NCBI GenBank assembly: GCA_030526355.1
Contig: JAUNDC010000009.1
Span: forward strand, 1,226-65,225
DNA from: Bacillota bacterium
GTDB taxonomy: Bacteria; Bacillota; Clostridia; Peptostreptococcales; Anaerovoracaceae
Length of the DNA: 64,000 nt
Direction of reading: 5' to 3'
In this document: piece by piece, positions 7,869 through 17,920 of the stretch
How positions within the stretch are numbered: position 1 is the stretch's first letter
Layout: every line of letters starts with the position of its first letter
Made by a program: the position numbers and the translations under genes
Notes under the pieces: generated by a model
Database searches by the model: none
The model's input: only the letters and a program-made list of their open reading frames with translations
Told to the model about the DNA's origin: nothing

Positions 7869-10001
7869 TTATCTCCTTAATACCTTGGAAATCTCTGCTT
7901 TCAATTGGTCAATTATTATCGGCTTTGATATATGACCGTCCATCCCGCATTCATGAGAAAGCTTCCTGTCCTCTTCAAATGCGTTTGCCGAAAGTGCCAC
8001 AATAGGTACTCTGCATTCAGGATACCTGCGTCTTAGTTCTCTTGTCGTTTCGTATCCGTTCATTCCCGGCATTCTGATGTCCATAAGAATCAGGTCATAG
8101 TATTCAATATTTTTTGACTCAATTTTATTCAGTGCTTCCGTACCGTCAACCGCCTCTTCTATCTCTGCTCCCTCTACAGTCAGAATTTCCCCGGCTATTT
8201 CCCGGTTCAGCTCATTATCTTCCACCAGCAGTATTCTTTTGCCTTTAAGAATATCATCGGCTTCATTTATCTTTTTGGTTATGCCTTCTGATGACTCGTT
8301 TACCTCCTGTAGCCTGAAAGGTATGGTGATTGTAAATCTGGAGCCCTCATTTTGTCTACTCTGCACATCAATCCTTCCACCCATCAGATCAACAAAGGCT
8401 TTTGTCACTGCAAGCCCCAGCCCAGTACCTCCTGCACCTGCCGTATCAGAGCAATTCTCACGTGAGAATCTCTCGAAAAGATGCTTCTGAAATTCCTCAC
8501 TCATTCCGATACCATTGTCTTCAATCACAAAACAATATGAGCCAAACCCGTCACGTTCATTTTCTACCTGAGACAGCTGAACCCTTACGCAGCCACCATT
8601 ATTCGTATACTTTACCGCATTGTTTATTACATTTATCAGGACTCTATCCAGCCTTGTCCGGTCAGCATATACCCTACTGTCCTTTAACGAACTGATATCA
8701 AACGTGAGGTCAATCTCCTTCTTATCAGCCAGCTCATAAAGCGGTGGACTTATTTCATCGAACACATCTCTCATTTCCACGCTGCTCTCATTTAGCTGAG
8801 AATTTTCACTTTCAATTCTGCTCATCTCCAGAATATCGTTTATCAGTTCCAGCAGAATTTTGCCTGATTTTTTAGTTTTTTCGAGGCAGTCCAGCACCTT
8901 GTCTTTGCTGTCAATGTTATTGATAGCAATATCGGTAAAACCTGTTATTGCATTGAGAGGTGTACGAATATCGTGAGACATATTGTTCAGGAAAACTGTT
9001 TTGGCAACGTTCGCCTTCTGTGCTGATTCCAGCGCTGTCTGAAGCTCACCCCGACTTTTTGTCAGATCTCTTACAGATTTTCTTATTACAATTGTAATCA
9101 TGATAAAGGCGGCAACGAGACCCATAACCAGCAGTAATGAATTTATCACCACATTTTTATTCGCTGCTGCAGCATCAACAGTAACCACAATGCAATATTT
9201 GCTGAAATTGTCAATAGTCATATAATCATTGTGCCCCACCGCATCTACTGTACTGCTGCCTTTCTGCTTTTGATCCAGCCTGTCTATCTCACTCACAAAC
9301 TTCGCTATAGCGTCATCATCAATATCTTTATCAGTGGAAGCCTCAAGGCTATGGTCGACTCTGTCAAATACATAAATGTCCATGCCGTTAACAACCGGCA
9401 TTCCTTTTATTACATCCGAAATATTCTGATTTCGCATTTCAGCTATCAGATGTTCTGGAGTTATTCCTACCTGTATCATGCCTTTCCCATTGCTCATCCA
9501 CGTAATTGCATACATCATCTGCCTGCCTTCCGCTGTATTCGGCGTAACGTCCTGACACATTGAAAGACTGTGATCCTTTAGCATAGGCTTGAAATAACCC
9601 ATTTGTGTACCCGAATCAAAATTATACCCATAATACTCAGGATTAGTTCCGTCAACGATTTCACCTGACGTATCAAAGATGTGTATTTCGTCAATATTCA
9701 GTAGCTCAGCTATTTCACCGTATTCTTCAGGTGTGTACTTTGTTCTTGCACCATTCACTATTATGTATTCCACAGCCTTGGCACGAACAATATACTCCTC
9801 CTTCAAAGTGTTCATAAGTGATTCGATGTTGTTTTCATTTGTGGTAATAACATCCTCAAGCTGTACAATCATCGCCTTGCTCGTAGCTATGGCTGTATTA
9901 TGGTTGGTTCTTATCTGAAACAGCACAGCAGAAGCAAAAATCAAAACGAAAAATATTATTACGGCAACATTCAATGTTCTGAAGTTTTTTTCTTTATTCA
10001 T
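7869..10001 (-). CDS. Hybrid sensor histidine kinase with C-terminal receiver
   Basis: TM, ~260-aa extracytoplasmic domain, TM. H-box [17 protein letters not shown], HATPase (NNAVKYT, DNGIGM, GTGLGLAV), and REC (ILLVEDNELN, DLILMDIRMPGMNG, ALSANA). Confidence 0.9.
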   Translation of the reverse strand: MNKEKNFRTLNVAVIIFFVLIFASAVLFQIRTNHNTAIATSKAMIVQLEDVITTNENNIESLMNTLKEEYIVRAKAVEYIIVNGARTKYTPEEYGEIAELLNIDEIHIFDTSGEIVDGTNPEYYGYNFDSGTQMGYFKPMLKDHSLSMCQDVTPNTAEGRQMMYAITWMSNGKGMIQVGITPEHLIAEMRNQNISDVIKGMPVVNGMDIYVFDRVDHSLEASTDKDIDDDAIAKFVSEIDRLDQKQKGSSTVDAVGHNDYMTIDNFSKYCIVVTVDAAAANKNVVINSLLLVMGLVAAFIMITIVIRKSVRDLTKSRGELQTALESAQKANVAKTVFLNNMSHDIRTPLNAITGFTDIAINNIDSKDKVLDCLEKTKKSGKILLELINDILEMSRIESENSQLNESSVEMRDVFDEISPPLYELADKKEIDLTFDISSLKDSRVYADRTRLDRVLINVINNAVKYTNNGGCVRVQLSQVENERDGFGSYCFVIEDNGIGMSEEFQKHLFERFSRENCSDTAGAGGTGLGLAVTKAFVDLMGGRIDVQSRQNEGSRFTITIPFRLQEVNESSEGITKKINEADDILKGKRILLVEDNELNREIAGEILTVEGAEIEEAVDGTEALNKIESKNIEYYDLILMDIRMPGMNGYETTRELRRRYPECRVPIVALSANAFEEDRKLSHECGMDGHISKPIIIDQLKAEISKVLRR

Positions 10002-10136
10002 AAATCACCTTTCTAAATATCAACCCCAAGCTTATTCTAACAGATAATTTCAGTTTACAGTAGCATTATTTCATATCATATGATCACAACAAATCAAAGT
10101 ATCATCTCCACCATACCACTTAATCTTAACTGAAAC

Positions 10137-10173
10137 AAAAAAGACCCCACATGCTGAAACACGAGGGTCTTTT
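10137..10173 (-). terminator. Intrinsic terminator (long loop) after the permease gene
   Basis: AAAAGACCC (10139-10147) pairs with GGGTCTTTT (10165-10173) around a 17-nt loop. The minus-strand transcript ends in a U-tract. Confidence 0.6.
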
Positions 10174-10203
10174 CTGGTTTATTGTGAGATATCATTATCT
10201 GTA

Positions 10204-11583
10204 TTAAACTTCCAGATTCTTGAACGCTTCCGGAACTTCCTTGTATCCTTTGGATTTGATTGCGCCGATGATAAGTCCTATGATGAGCCATACAATACCT
10301 ACTATGTAAGTCATCTTATCAAAGCCTGTGAACACATAAACTAAGATGAGGATTCCAAGCCATGGGCATATCAGGTATTTTACATACTCTCCAAAGGTAT
10401 TTCTCTTTTTCTCTTTGATAAAGAAGAAAAGGAATACCGCGAAGTTCAGCAGAACGAATGAAGCCAGTGCTCCGAAGTTAACCAGTCTTACCAGCTGTGA
10501 CATTGACAGGATAAGAGGTATAAACAGTGATGCTCCGCCAACTATAATTGCTGATACATATGGTGTTTGGTACTTAGGATGAACCTTTCCGAAAATCTTT
10601 GGAATAACGCCGTCACGACCCATTCCGTAGAGCATTCTGGCAGTTGCTGTCTGCGCGTTCATTATGTTTGCAACACCTATAGCGATAATATTAACAACCA
10701 GTAATATCTTTCTGAAAATTTCACCGCCTGCTGCTTCAGCTGCATCAAAGAAGCCTGTAGCCAAGTCAGTATTCTGCCAGTCAGGTAAAATCAGTGCTGC
10801 AACATATGTCTGCAGTACAAACACCACAACGATAGCACACAGTGCAATCATAATACCTTTACCGATATTCTTTTCAGGCTCAACAGTTTCTTCTGCCAGT
10901 GTACTCATTCCGTCAAAGCCAAGGAATGACAGACATGCAATTGAACATGCTGAAGCAATAAAGTGAGCATCAACCTTGCCCGGCTGGTAAATAGGGTCAG
11001 GTGCTACATAACCATATCCGCCTCCACCTATTACATACTTGAAACCCAAATAAATGAATGCTATCAGTGCCAGAATTTCGATAACGAACATTATCCAGTC
11101 AACACCCTTTGTCATTTCCATACCACGAACGTTTACAATCGTATTGAAAATAACGAATACGAGAATCCATAACCACCATGGAGTTCCAGGGATAAGTTCC
11201 ACGCCCCAGTTAGCAACCATTGTATAAAGAAGTGATGGAACAAATAAATAGTCAAGTAATATCAGCCATCCGCCGATAAATCCCACATGCGGGTTGATTC
11301 CTCTCTGTACATATGCATATACAGAACCTGCAATCGGGAACCTGTTACTCATACGCAGATAACTCAGAGCCGTAAAACTGATAGCAACAAAACCAACAAT
11401 GTACACAAGCGGTGTCATACCGCCGCTGGCCTGTTGGATTTCGCCAAAAATAGACTGTGGCGCAATAATTACCATAAACAATACGCCATACAAGATAACA
11501 TCTTTCAGCCCCAGAGCTCTCTTCAGCTCCTGTTTATAACCAAACTGTTCAATGTTACCTGCATTCTGCTGCTGGTCTTTCAT
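10204..11583 (-). CDS. APC-superfamily amino acid/polyamine permease
   Basis: 12-TM profile and the typical N-terminus ..LKRALGLKDVILYGVLFMVIIAP... Overall it resembles PuuP/YkfD-type permeases. Confidence 0.8.
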   Translation of the reverse strand: MKDQQQNAGNIEQFGYKQELKRALGLKDVILYGVLFMVIIAPQSIFGEIQQASGGMTPLVYIVGFVAISFTALSYLRMSNRFPIAGSVYAYVQRGINPHVGFIGGWLILLDYLFVPSLLYTMVANWGVELIPGTPWWLWILVFVIFNTIVNVRGMEMTKGVDWIMFVIEILALIAFIYLGFKYVIGGGGYGYVAPDPIYQPGKVDAHFIASACSIACLSFLGFDGMSTLAEETVEPEKNIGKGIMIALCAIVVVFVLQTYVAALILPDWQNTDLATGFFDAAEAAGGEIFRKILLVVNIIAIGVANIMNAQTATARMLYGMGRDGVIPKIFGKVHPKYQTPYVSAIIVGGASLFIPLILSMSQLVRLVNFGALASFVLLNFAVFLFFFIKEKKRNTFGEYVKYLICPWLGILILVYVFTGFDKMTYIVGIVWLIIGLIIGAIKSKGYKEVPEAFKNLEV

Positions 11584-11703
11584 GATCTTTCTCTCCTTAA
11601 ATCAATAAAATAATAATAATCTATTAAAACACTTTCAGATGCAATTGGGGATCGCGTTCCCTTTACACGTTCAGCTTAACTGCGAAATCGCGCGTCCTTC
11701 ACA

Positions 11704-12600
11704 TTATCCGATAAGTGGTTTAAACTGTGGTAATTTCGGTGTTCCGAATCTTAGAATCATAGCCACCTCACAAGGTACGCAGGCCTGATTTATTCCTACA
11801 TCGCTCTGCACCGACATATACATGTATGTATCAGTCTCGTCCCACCCGGTGGCGTTCATAATAAGACGCTGCAGTTCCAGAGACGCATTCTTGATTGCCT
11901 CGTCAAAATTATGAGCACAAGCATTAACATACCAGTAATTTTCTGTCTCCGTAACAGGCCAGTTAAGCTCAAAATTTTTAATCAGTGAAGTTTTAACCTG
12001 TATAGATGCCGGAATTTCTATGCCCGTTCCGCAAAGCTCAGCATCTCCCATAGTTGCATGCACATCGCCCATCTGAAGCAATGCACCCTCTACTCTTACA
12101 GGCAGATATACCCTTGCTCCTTTTTTGATAAGCTTACTGTCCATATTTCCACCATGATTTCCGGGATAACCATCAATCACATCTTCTCCGTCAGGAGCCG
12201 TACCGATAACTCCAATCATTGGTTCTATCGGGAACTTGACGCCGTTAAAATCTGCATATCCATTCTCGATTTTAATCTTCTTCGTTCTTATCTCTGAATG
12301 ATCATAAAGTGGCCCGCAAACACCATCGGTAGTAATGGTGCCTTCTTGTGCAACCTTGATGTCCAGAATGTCAACCACCAGGACATCACCCGGTTCTGCG
12401 CCATTAATATATACAGGGCCTGTTGCCGGGTTTGCCACATCGTAGCTGTATGAAAGCTCCGTGATAAGGTTATTTTCGGTTTTAAGTCTGTTAGAAAAAC
12501 AGTCCAGTGTTTCAAACTGAAGTATTCCCCCCGGTTCAGCTGCAGCCACCGGCTTATTGTTTTTTGAAAAATTATATACGTAATCTTTGATAATCTGCAT
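11704..12600 (-). CDS. Acetamidase/formamidase-family amidohydrolase (paralog 1)
   Basis: TGPVYINGAEPGDVLVVDILDI, GNHGGNMD and GDVHATMGDAELCGTGIE. The start was moved to ATG 12600, preceded by AAGGAG plus 6 nt; the track's GTG 12618 lies inside that SD. Confidence 0.85.
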   Translation of the reverse strand: MQIIKDYVYNFSKNNKPVAAAEPGGILQFETLDCFSNRLKTENNLITELSYSYDVANPATGPVYINGAEPGDVLVVDILDIKVAQEGTITTDGVCGPLYDHSEIRTKKIKIENGYADFNGVKFPIEPMIGVIGTAPDGEDVIDGYPGNHGGNMDSKLIKKGARVYLPVRVEGALLQMGDVHATMGDAELCGTGIEIPASIQVKTSLIKNFELNWPVTETENYWYVNACAHNFDEAIKNASLELQRLIMNATGWDETDTYMYMSVQSDVGINQACVPCEVAMILRFGTPKLPQFKPLIG

Positions 12601-12665
12601 GATATGCTCCTTTTTCACCTGTCTGCCGCCCAGATCGGCTCCAGATTCTGTTCATTTATACTTTT

Positions 12666-13553
12666 CTAAAATTCGGCTCTGTCAATATATACCTTAGGGA
12701 ATACAAAGCGTACGGTTTTCTCCGGATCCACCACCTGACAAATCTGCAGATTTCCTGCAAGACTCATAAGCATTACCACATCTGTATCCGACAGTTCACT
12801 TCGTTCTGTCAGAAAATCGTACATCAGCTCAGTGGCCCTGATTACAGCTTCATCAACTGTTGGTTTGGATACAATAACGCTGAAGCTCTCATCGTTTTCC
12901 AGAATTGGATATGCATACTGTCTTCCTTTGATAAGTTCGATTGTCAAGCTGACCTCGGCCGGAATTTCCAGACCGCTGACACCTATCTCACCGTCGCCCA
13001 TCACTGCGTGAACATCGCCCAGTGCCAGCAATGCACCTTCTGTCGCTACAGGGAAGTACAATACCGCACCTTCTGTTATCATAGTATTATCCATATTTCC
13101 GCCGTGGCGCCCCGGTGTTCCTGCATTAACAGGCTCTCCTTCCGGTGCCACTCCAATTACTCCAATCATCGTATTGACCGGAATTTCAATGCCCTGTGCA
13201 AAATGTGCAACGCCTTCCTTGACCTGCACTATTTTTGTATGCGCACCTTTTATTCTATGTCCAAGCACGCCTTCGCCTTCCAGACAGCAGGCAACCCCCT
13301 GTTCTGCAATTTTTATCTTGTTAACAGTCACCTTTAATGTGTCTCCGGCTTCTGCTCCATTTATATAAATCGGTCCCGTAGCAGGGTTCGTTTTATCCCA
13401 GTCAAGCTGCTCCATTCTGTCCTCAGGTGAGCACAGCTGGTTTGAAAAACAATCCTTGGTTTCGACCTCTATCGTTGCCGGAACGTCTACACACACCGCT
13501 GCTTCATTTTTTTTACTGAAACTGAAAACTACTGATTCATTTGTTATTTTCAT
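12666..13553 (-). CDS. Acetamidase/formamidase-family amidohydrolase (paralog 2)
   Basis: TGPIYINGAEAGDTLKVTVNKI, GRHGGNMD and GDVHAVMGDGEIGVSGLE. GGAGAGGGG SD upstream. Confidence 0.85.
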   Translation of the reverse strand: MKITNESVVFSFSKKNEAAVCVDVPATIEVETKDCFSNQLCSPEDRMEQLDWDKTNPATGPIYINGAEAGDTLKVTVNKIKIAEQGVACCLEGEGVLGHRIKGAHTKIVQVKEGVAHFAQGIEIPVNTMIGVIGVAPEGEPVNAGTPGRHGGNMDNTMITEGAVLYFPVATEGALLALGDVHAVMGDGEIGVSGLEIPAEVSLTIELIKGRQYAYPILENDESFSVIVSKPTVDEAVIRATELMYDFLTERSELSDTDVVMLMSLAGNLQICQVVDPEKTVRFVFPKVYIDRAEF

Positions 13554-13702
13554 TTTGTTCCCCTCTCCGGCAATAGTAATGCCAAAAGAATTTTTATAAC
13601 ATTATTTAATGATTGTATAGAAAAAAACGGAATTGCATACAATGTATACATTCCGTCTATCACTGAAAGTCGCAAGCCTAGCTCTGTTCGTTGCGGCACG
13701 TC

Positions 13703-14536
13703 TTAAAAAATCCTGCTTAGCTCAGCTCCCAGGATGCTGTTCCACTGGCCCCGTTCTTTTATTATCTTAGCTGTCACTCCCATATATTTCTTGAATTCCC
13801 TGTTCATGTGGGACTGATCCGAAAATCCATACCTTATAGCTATGTCGCTCAGCTTCTGATCCCGTTCCTCCAGCAGACAGTATAGCGTTTTCTGCATACG
13901 TATCATGTTTGCCAGTTCTTTGCTGGAATGACCGATATAGTCTGTAAAAAGCTGCCTCAGGTATCTGGTGCTGTACCCTACTGCTTTTGCAAGTTTTTCT
14001 ATTGAAATAACGCCGTTTGCATCTATCAGAAAACGCACGGAGCTCGATAATATGTCCTCTACGTTGTTCCGTGGTTTTATCCTGGCCAGCAGATAATCTT
14101 CAACTATTTCATGTCTCCGCACAAATGACATTGATTTCTTCAATTCATCATCCAAGCTGTCAAAATCCGGCAGCAGTTCCTTGACCTCTATCGGATGCGA
14201 TTTGCTGACAGGTATGCTCCCCCGCAACAGCGAACAATCCGCTCCCGGGTAAAATCGCACACCAAAAACCCACTCCGCCTTCTTAAAATGAAAATTTGTG
14301 GATTTGGTTATCGACGGCGAATACCAGCTGTTTATTTGTTCTCCATCATAGCTTATCAGAATATCGTTACAGCCGTCCGGTATTACACGGATGTTATGCT
14401 CTCTGGGGCTTGTCACCTCAAACATCTGACAGACCACTTCCCCTAATTTGCAATCCTCACTGTAATTCAGTTCCTGATACTTTTTCCCGGCCTGATAATA
14501 TCCGGGCTGACATGGGTGATATGAAAAAGTATTCAT
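13703..14536 (-). CDS. AraC-family transcriptional regulator
   Basis: C-terminal HTH (GYSTRYLRQLFTDYIGHSSKE.., RYGFSDQSHMNREFKKYMGVT). The start was set at MNTFSYHP (GAGGAGAG plus 5 nt upstream). Confidence 0.8.
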   Translation of the reverse strand: MNTFSYHPCQPGYYQAGKKYQELNYSEDCKLGEVVCQMFEVTSPREHNIRVIPDGCNDILISYDGEQINSWYSPSITKSTNFHFKKAEWVFGVRFYPGADCSLLRGSIPVSKSHPIEVKELLPDFDSLDDELKKSMSFVRRHEIVEDYLLARIKPRNNVEDILSSSVRFLIDANGVISIEKLAKAVGYSTRYLRQLFTDYIGHSSKELANMIRMQKTLYCLLEERDQKLSDIAIRYGFSDQSHMNREFKKYMGVTAKIIKERGQWNSILGAELSRIF

Positions 14537-14726
14537 GTCTACTCTCCTCAATACATCTAGATTATATATTATTTTCATGTGAATATAGAACAAATCGGAA
14601 GAACGGTATATGGATACACGTCTGAATAGTCGCGCGCTGGATAGCTATTTCAAAAAAAGCCCATCGCATCAGATTAAATCCTAACGCGATGAGCTTTTGA
14701 TTCACGTTCATTTTACATGGTTTGGA

Positions 14727-16244
14727 TTATTCATCACCCTCAGCCATTGCCTTGTCAAACAGTGCTGTTACTTCTTCATGAGGCTCCTTATCGAGAACAG
14801 TCACTATAACTGCACAGATAAATCCTGCAATAAAACCAGGGAACAGCTCGTATATGCCTGTTGACGCGGACAGCAGATTGTACCATACAACGTCTACGAT
14901 AGCTCCGCCAAGCACGCCAGCGATGGCACCCTTGTATGTAAACCTTCTCCAGAACAGTGACAGAAGTATTACCGGTCCGAAGGATGAACCGAAGCCGGCC
15001 CATGCGTTTTCCACAAGATTCATGATGGCCTGAGCACCTGCGCCCTTGCTGTTGGCGATAAAGAACGCGATAATCGCTACTATTACCACTACAATTCTTC
15101 CTACCCAGAGAATCTCCTTCTCACTTGCTTCCTTCCTGATTATCGGTTTGTAGATATCAGATGTAAAGGAGCTTGATGCTACGAGAAGCTGTGAATCTGC
15201 CGTTGACATTGAAGCCGCAATAATTGCCGCCATCAGTATTCCAGCCAGGAAGCTTGGGAACAGCTGTCTTGCAAATTCAATAAATACCATCTTCTGCGAA
15301 CCGTCTGTCAGGAGTTCCTCCGCCATAAGCATTCTGCCGAAGTATGCGATAAGGCATGCACATCCGAGAGTTATTACAACCCAGATAATTGCCATAGTAG
15401 CACTTTTCTTTACCATCGACGGTTTCTCGATAGACATGAATCTCACGAGAATATGAGGCATTCCGAAATAGCCAAGTCCCCATGCCAGACCTGAAATAAC
15501 ATCCTGCCATGAAGCATCAAATATACCTGTTCCAAAAGCACATTCAACCATCTCACCGCTTACGGCATCCTGATATGAGTAGATAGCTGCCAGTGCGCTT
15601 GTATCCAGTTCCTGAGTTATTACTATAATAATAGGTACAGCCAGCAGTGCACAGAACATCAACAGTCCTTGGAAAAAGTCCGTCCAGCATACGGCCTTGA
15701 ATCCGCCGAAGAAAGTGATGGCCAGCATTGCCACTGCGAAGATTATCATTGCAGTTTTGGTTTCAAGTGAAGGGAATATCGTTGTAAAAACCGATGCCCC
15801 TGCTACGTATGCCGATGCAACGTAAATAGTGAAGCATACGAAGAAAATTACAGCACAGATTACCTGCAGCGTATTGCTTTTGGCCATAAATCTGTTTCCG
15901 AGATACTGAGGAACTGTAATGGCATCACCTGCAGCATGTGAAAACTGTCTGAGTCTCTTTGCCACGAAAATCCAGTTGGCTGCTGTACCCAGCGCCAGAC
16001 CTATGCCTATCCACATCTGTCCGAAACCGAAGGCAAGAATGCTTCCAGGCAGCCCCATCAGAAGCCATGCGGACATATCAGATGCCTGCGCCGACATGGC
16101 AGTTACCCATGGACCCATTTTTCTGCCGCCCAGGAAGAAGTTCGCCTGAGTAGCATCCTTTCGTTCTTTAAAGAAAAAGAAGATGCCTACGAATACTATC
16201 GCGACGAAATATAAAATAAAAGCTAAAATCTCACCGTTTATCAT
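14727..16244 (-). CDS. putP: Sodium:proline symporter (SSF family)
   Basis: FLGGRKMGPWVTAMSAQASDMSAWLLMGLPG and 13-TM architecture. AAGGAGAG SD. Confidence 0.85.
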   Translation of the reverse strand: MINGEILAFILYFVAIVFVGIFFFFKERKDATQANFFLGGRKMGPWVTAMSAQASDMSAWLLMGLPGSILAFGFGQMWIGIGLALGTAANWIFVAKRLRQFSHAAGDAITVPQYLGNRFMAKSNTLQVICAVIFFVCFTIYVASAYVAGASVFTTIFPSLETKTAMIIFAVAMLAITFFGGFKAVCWTDFFQGLLMFCALLAVPIIIVITQELDTSALAAIYSYQDAVSGEMVECAFGTGIFDASWQDVISGLAWGLGYFGMPHILVRFMSIEKPSMVKKSATMAIIWVVITLGCACLIAYFGRMLMAEELLTDGSQKMVFIEFARQLFPSFLAGILMAAIIAASMSTADSQLLVASSSFTSDIYKPIIRKEASEKEILWVGRIVVVIVAIIAFFIANSKGAGAQAIMNLVENAWAGFGSSFGPVILLSLFWRRFTYKGAIAGVLGGAIVDVVWYNLLSASTGIYELFPGFIAGFICAVIVTVLDKEPHEEVTALFDKAMAEGDE

Positions 16245-16443
16245 TTTGATTGTCTCTCCTTTTAATAATGACTATGATTCCTGCCGCTGCAGATCCAGGG
16301 TACGTATAACCCTCATCCTTCCAGACGGCTCACACAGTATAACACATTCAAAACAAGAACGAAATGCAGAATGAATTCTATATATTATCCTGTATAATTC
16401 AAAGTAATATTGTAATATACCATTGAAATTTCAAAGATATTAT

Positions 16444-16461
16444 ACTAGAATGTATTCTAGT
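16444..16461. promoter_or_regulatory. Candidate TetR operator (perfect palindrome)
   Basis: ACTAGAAT-GT-ATTCTAGT, an 8+2+8 perfect inverted repeat. It lies 44 nt upstream of the TetR gene, in the divergent putP/tetR intergenic region. Confidence 0.45.
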
Positions 16462-16504
16462 TATTATTGAATACCAAAAATAAAATATAAAAAAAGGTCA
16501 AAAA

Positions 16505-17086
16505 ATGAAGAAAAATTCGAGAAACACAAAAGGAAAAATCGTCTCAGCTGCCTGGAAGCTGTTCTACCAACAGGGCTACGATGACACTACCATAGAGGAA
16601 ATTGTAGAGGTTTCCGGCACATCAAGAGGTTCATTCTATCACTATTTTGAGGGCAAGGACTCTCTGCTTTCATCACTCTCGTACCTTTTTGACGATAAAT
16701 ATGCGGAACTGGAAAAGGAACTGAACCCATCATTATCACCTATTGAGAAGCTGAAGTTTCTCAACCAGGAGCTGTTTCTTCTGATTGAAAATACAGTTTC
16801 AGTAGAGCTTCTCAGCAGGCTGTTCGCGACACAGCTGACCACAAGCGGCGAACGTCATATGCTGAACACCAACAGAACCTATTACAAGCTGCTGCGCCAG
16901 ATAACCATCGAAGGCAAGGAACAGGGAATATTCAAAGACGAGCTTTCCATAAATGATATAACCCGCGCCTATGCCATGTTCGAACGCGGGTTAATGTATG
17001 AATGGTGTATTTCAAGCGGCAATTATTCCCTGTGCCAGCACGCCCAGATGATGATGCCGCTGTTTCTGGAGGGGCTGTGCAGATAG
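16505..17086 (+). CDS. TetR/AcrR-family transcriptional regulator
   Basis: N-terminal HTH GKIVSAAWKLFYQQGYDDTTIEEIVEVSGTSRGSFYHYFEGKDSL. Confidence 0.85.
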   Translation: MKKNSRNTKGKIVSAAWKLFYQQGYDDTTIEEIVEVSGTSRGSFYHYFEGKDSLLSSLSYLFDDKYAELEKELNPSLSPIEKLKFLNQELFLLIENTVSVELLSRLFATQLTTSGERHMLNTNRTYYKLLRQITIEGKEQGIFKDELSINDITRAYAMFERGLMYEWCISSGNYSLCQHAQMMMPLFLEGLCR

Positions 17087-17127
17087 CAGACAGCAAGGTT
17101 TACTAAATCGAAAACATGCGAAAAATA

Positions 17128-17856
17128 TCACTTATTTACATAAGCCCTGATGGCTTCCGCTGCGAAACAGGCTGTGCCTGACCCTCCGGCAGCGTCTATA
17201 TTATCTGTCATTTCTCCGCCGGCCGCATACATCTGCCCCAGCCCTGCCAGAATCTGATCTGTGCATGTATAGTAGTTGTCAGTGATGAACGCCTGAAGCT
17301 TTCGTACAAGCTCCTGAGCTTCAGAGGAATCCGGGGACTTATCCTGAATTTTACCGAATTCCGCAAATATTTTCATCATATCTTCTGTTTTTCTTTCCAT
17401 CATATCACCTGTATACCCCTCTGTTTTCTTTTCATACTCCCTGTACGCTTCTGTGTCTCCCCACATTTCCTTCGCTTTACGTTCATATTCGTCTAATCTG
17501 CTTTTGTCAAATGCTCTAAAATCCATTTCTTTTACTCCTTTCTTCTGCAGCTCTAAAGCATGCTCGATCAACTGCTCCAGACGTTCTTTCCTGAGCCTAA
17601 GCAGCTCAACCTGCTGCTCCAGTGCCTTTTGACTGTCAAAATCAGGACTGTCTATAATTCTCCCGATTTCCTTCAGGGAAAATTCAAGTTCACGAAACAT
17701 CATGATATTCTGAAGTCTGGCAAGGGCATCATTATCATAAAGCCTGTACCCTGCTCCGGTCACCTCCGTCGGTTTCAGAAGACCGATTTCATCGTAGTAA
17801 TGCAGTGTCCGCACACTTATTCCCGTTAATCTGCTCACTTCACTTACTGTCATCAT
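17128..17856 (-). CDS. MerR-family regulator with TipAS-like C-terminal domain
   Basis: MTVSEVSRLTGISVRTLHYYDEIGLLKP, a coiled-coil linker and a ~140-aa C-terminal domain. The start was set at ATG 17856 (GGGAGGG plus 7 nt). Confidence 0.85.
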   Translation of the reverse strand: MMTVSEVSRLTGISVRTLHYYDEIGLLKPTEVTGAGYRLYDNDALARLQNIMMFRELEFSLKEIGRIIDSPDFDSQKALEQQVELLRLRKERLEQLIEHALELQKKGVKEMDFRAFDKSRLDEYERKAKEMWGDTEAYREYEKKTEGYTGDMMERKTEDMMKIFAEFGKIQDKSPDSSEAQELVRKLQAFITDNYYTCTDQILAGLGQMYAAGGEMTDNIDAAGGSGTACFAAEAIRAYVNK

Positions 17857-17882
17857 AGCTTTGCCCTCCCTAAACAATTACC

Positions 17883-17913
17883 ATGATACTCTATCACGTA
17901 ACGTCAGAGTCAA
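17883..17913 (-). promoter_or_regulatory. MerR-type promoter with 19-bp spacer
   Basis: On the minus strand: TTGACT (17913-17908), a 19-nt spacer CTGACGTTACGTGATAGAG, then TATCAT (17888-17883), directly upstream of the MerR gene. Confidence 0.45.
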
Positions 17914-17920
17914 CAGTTAA

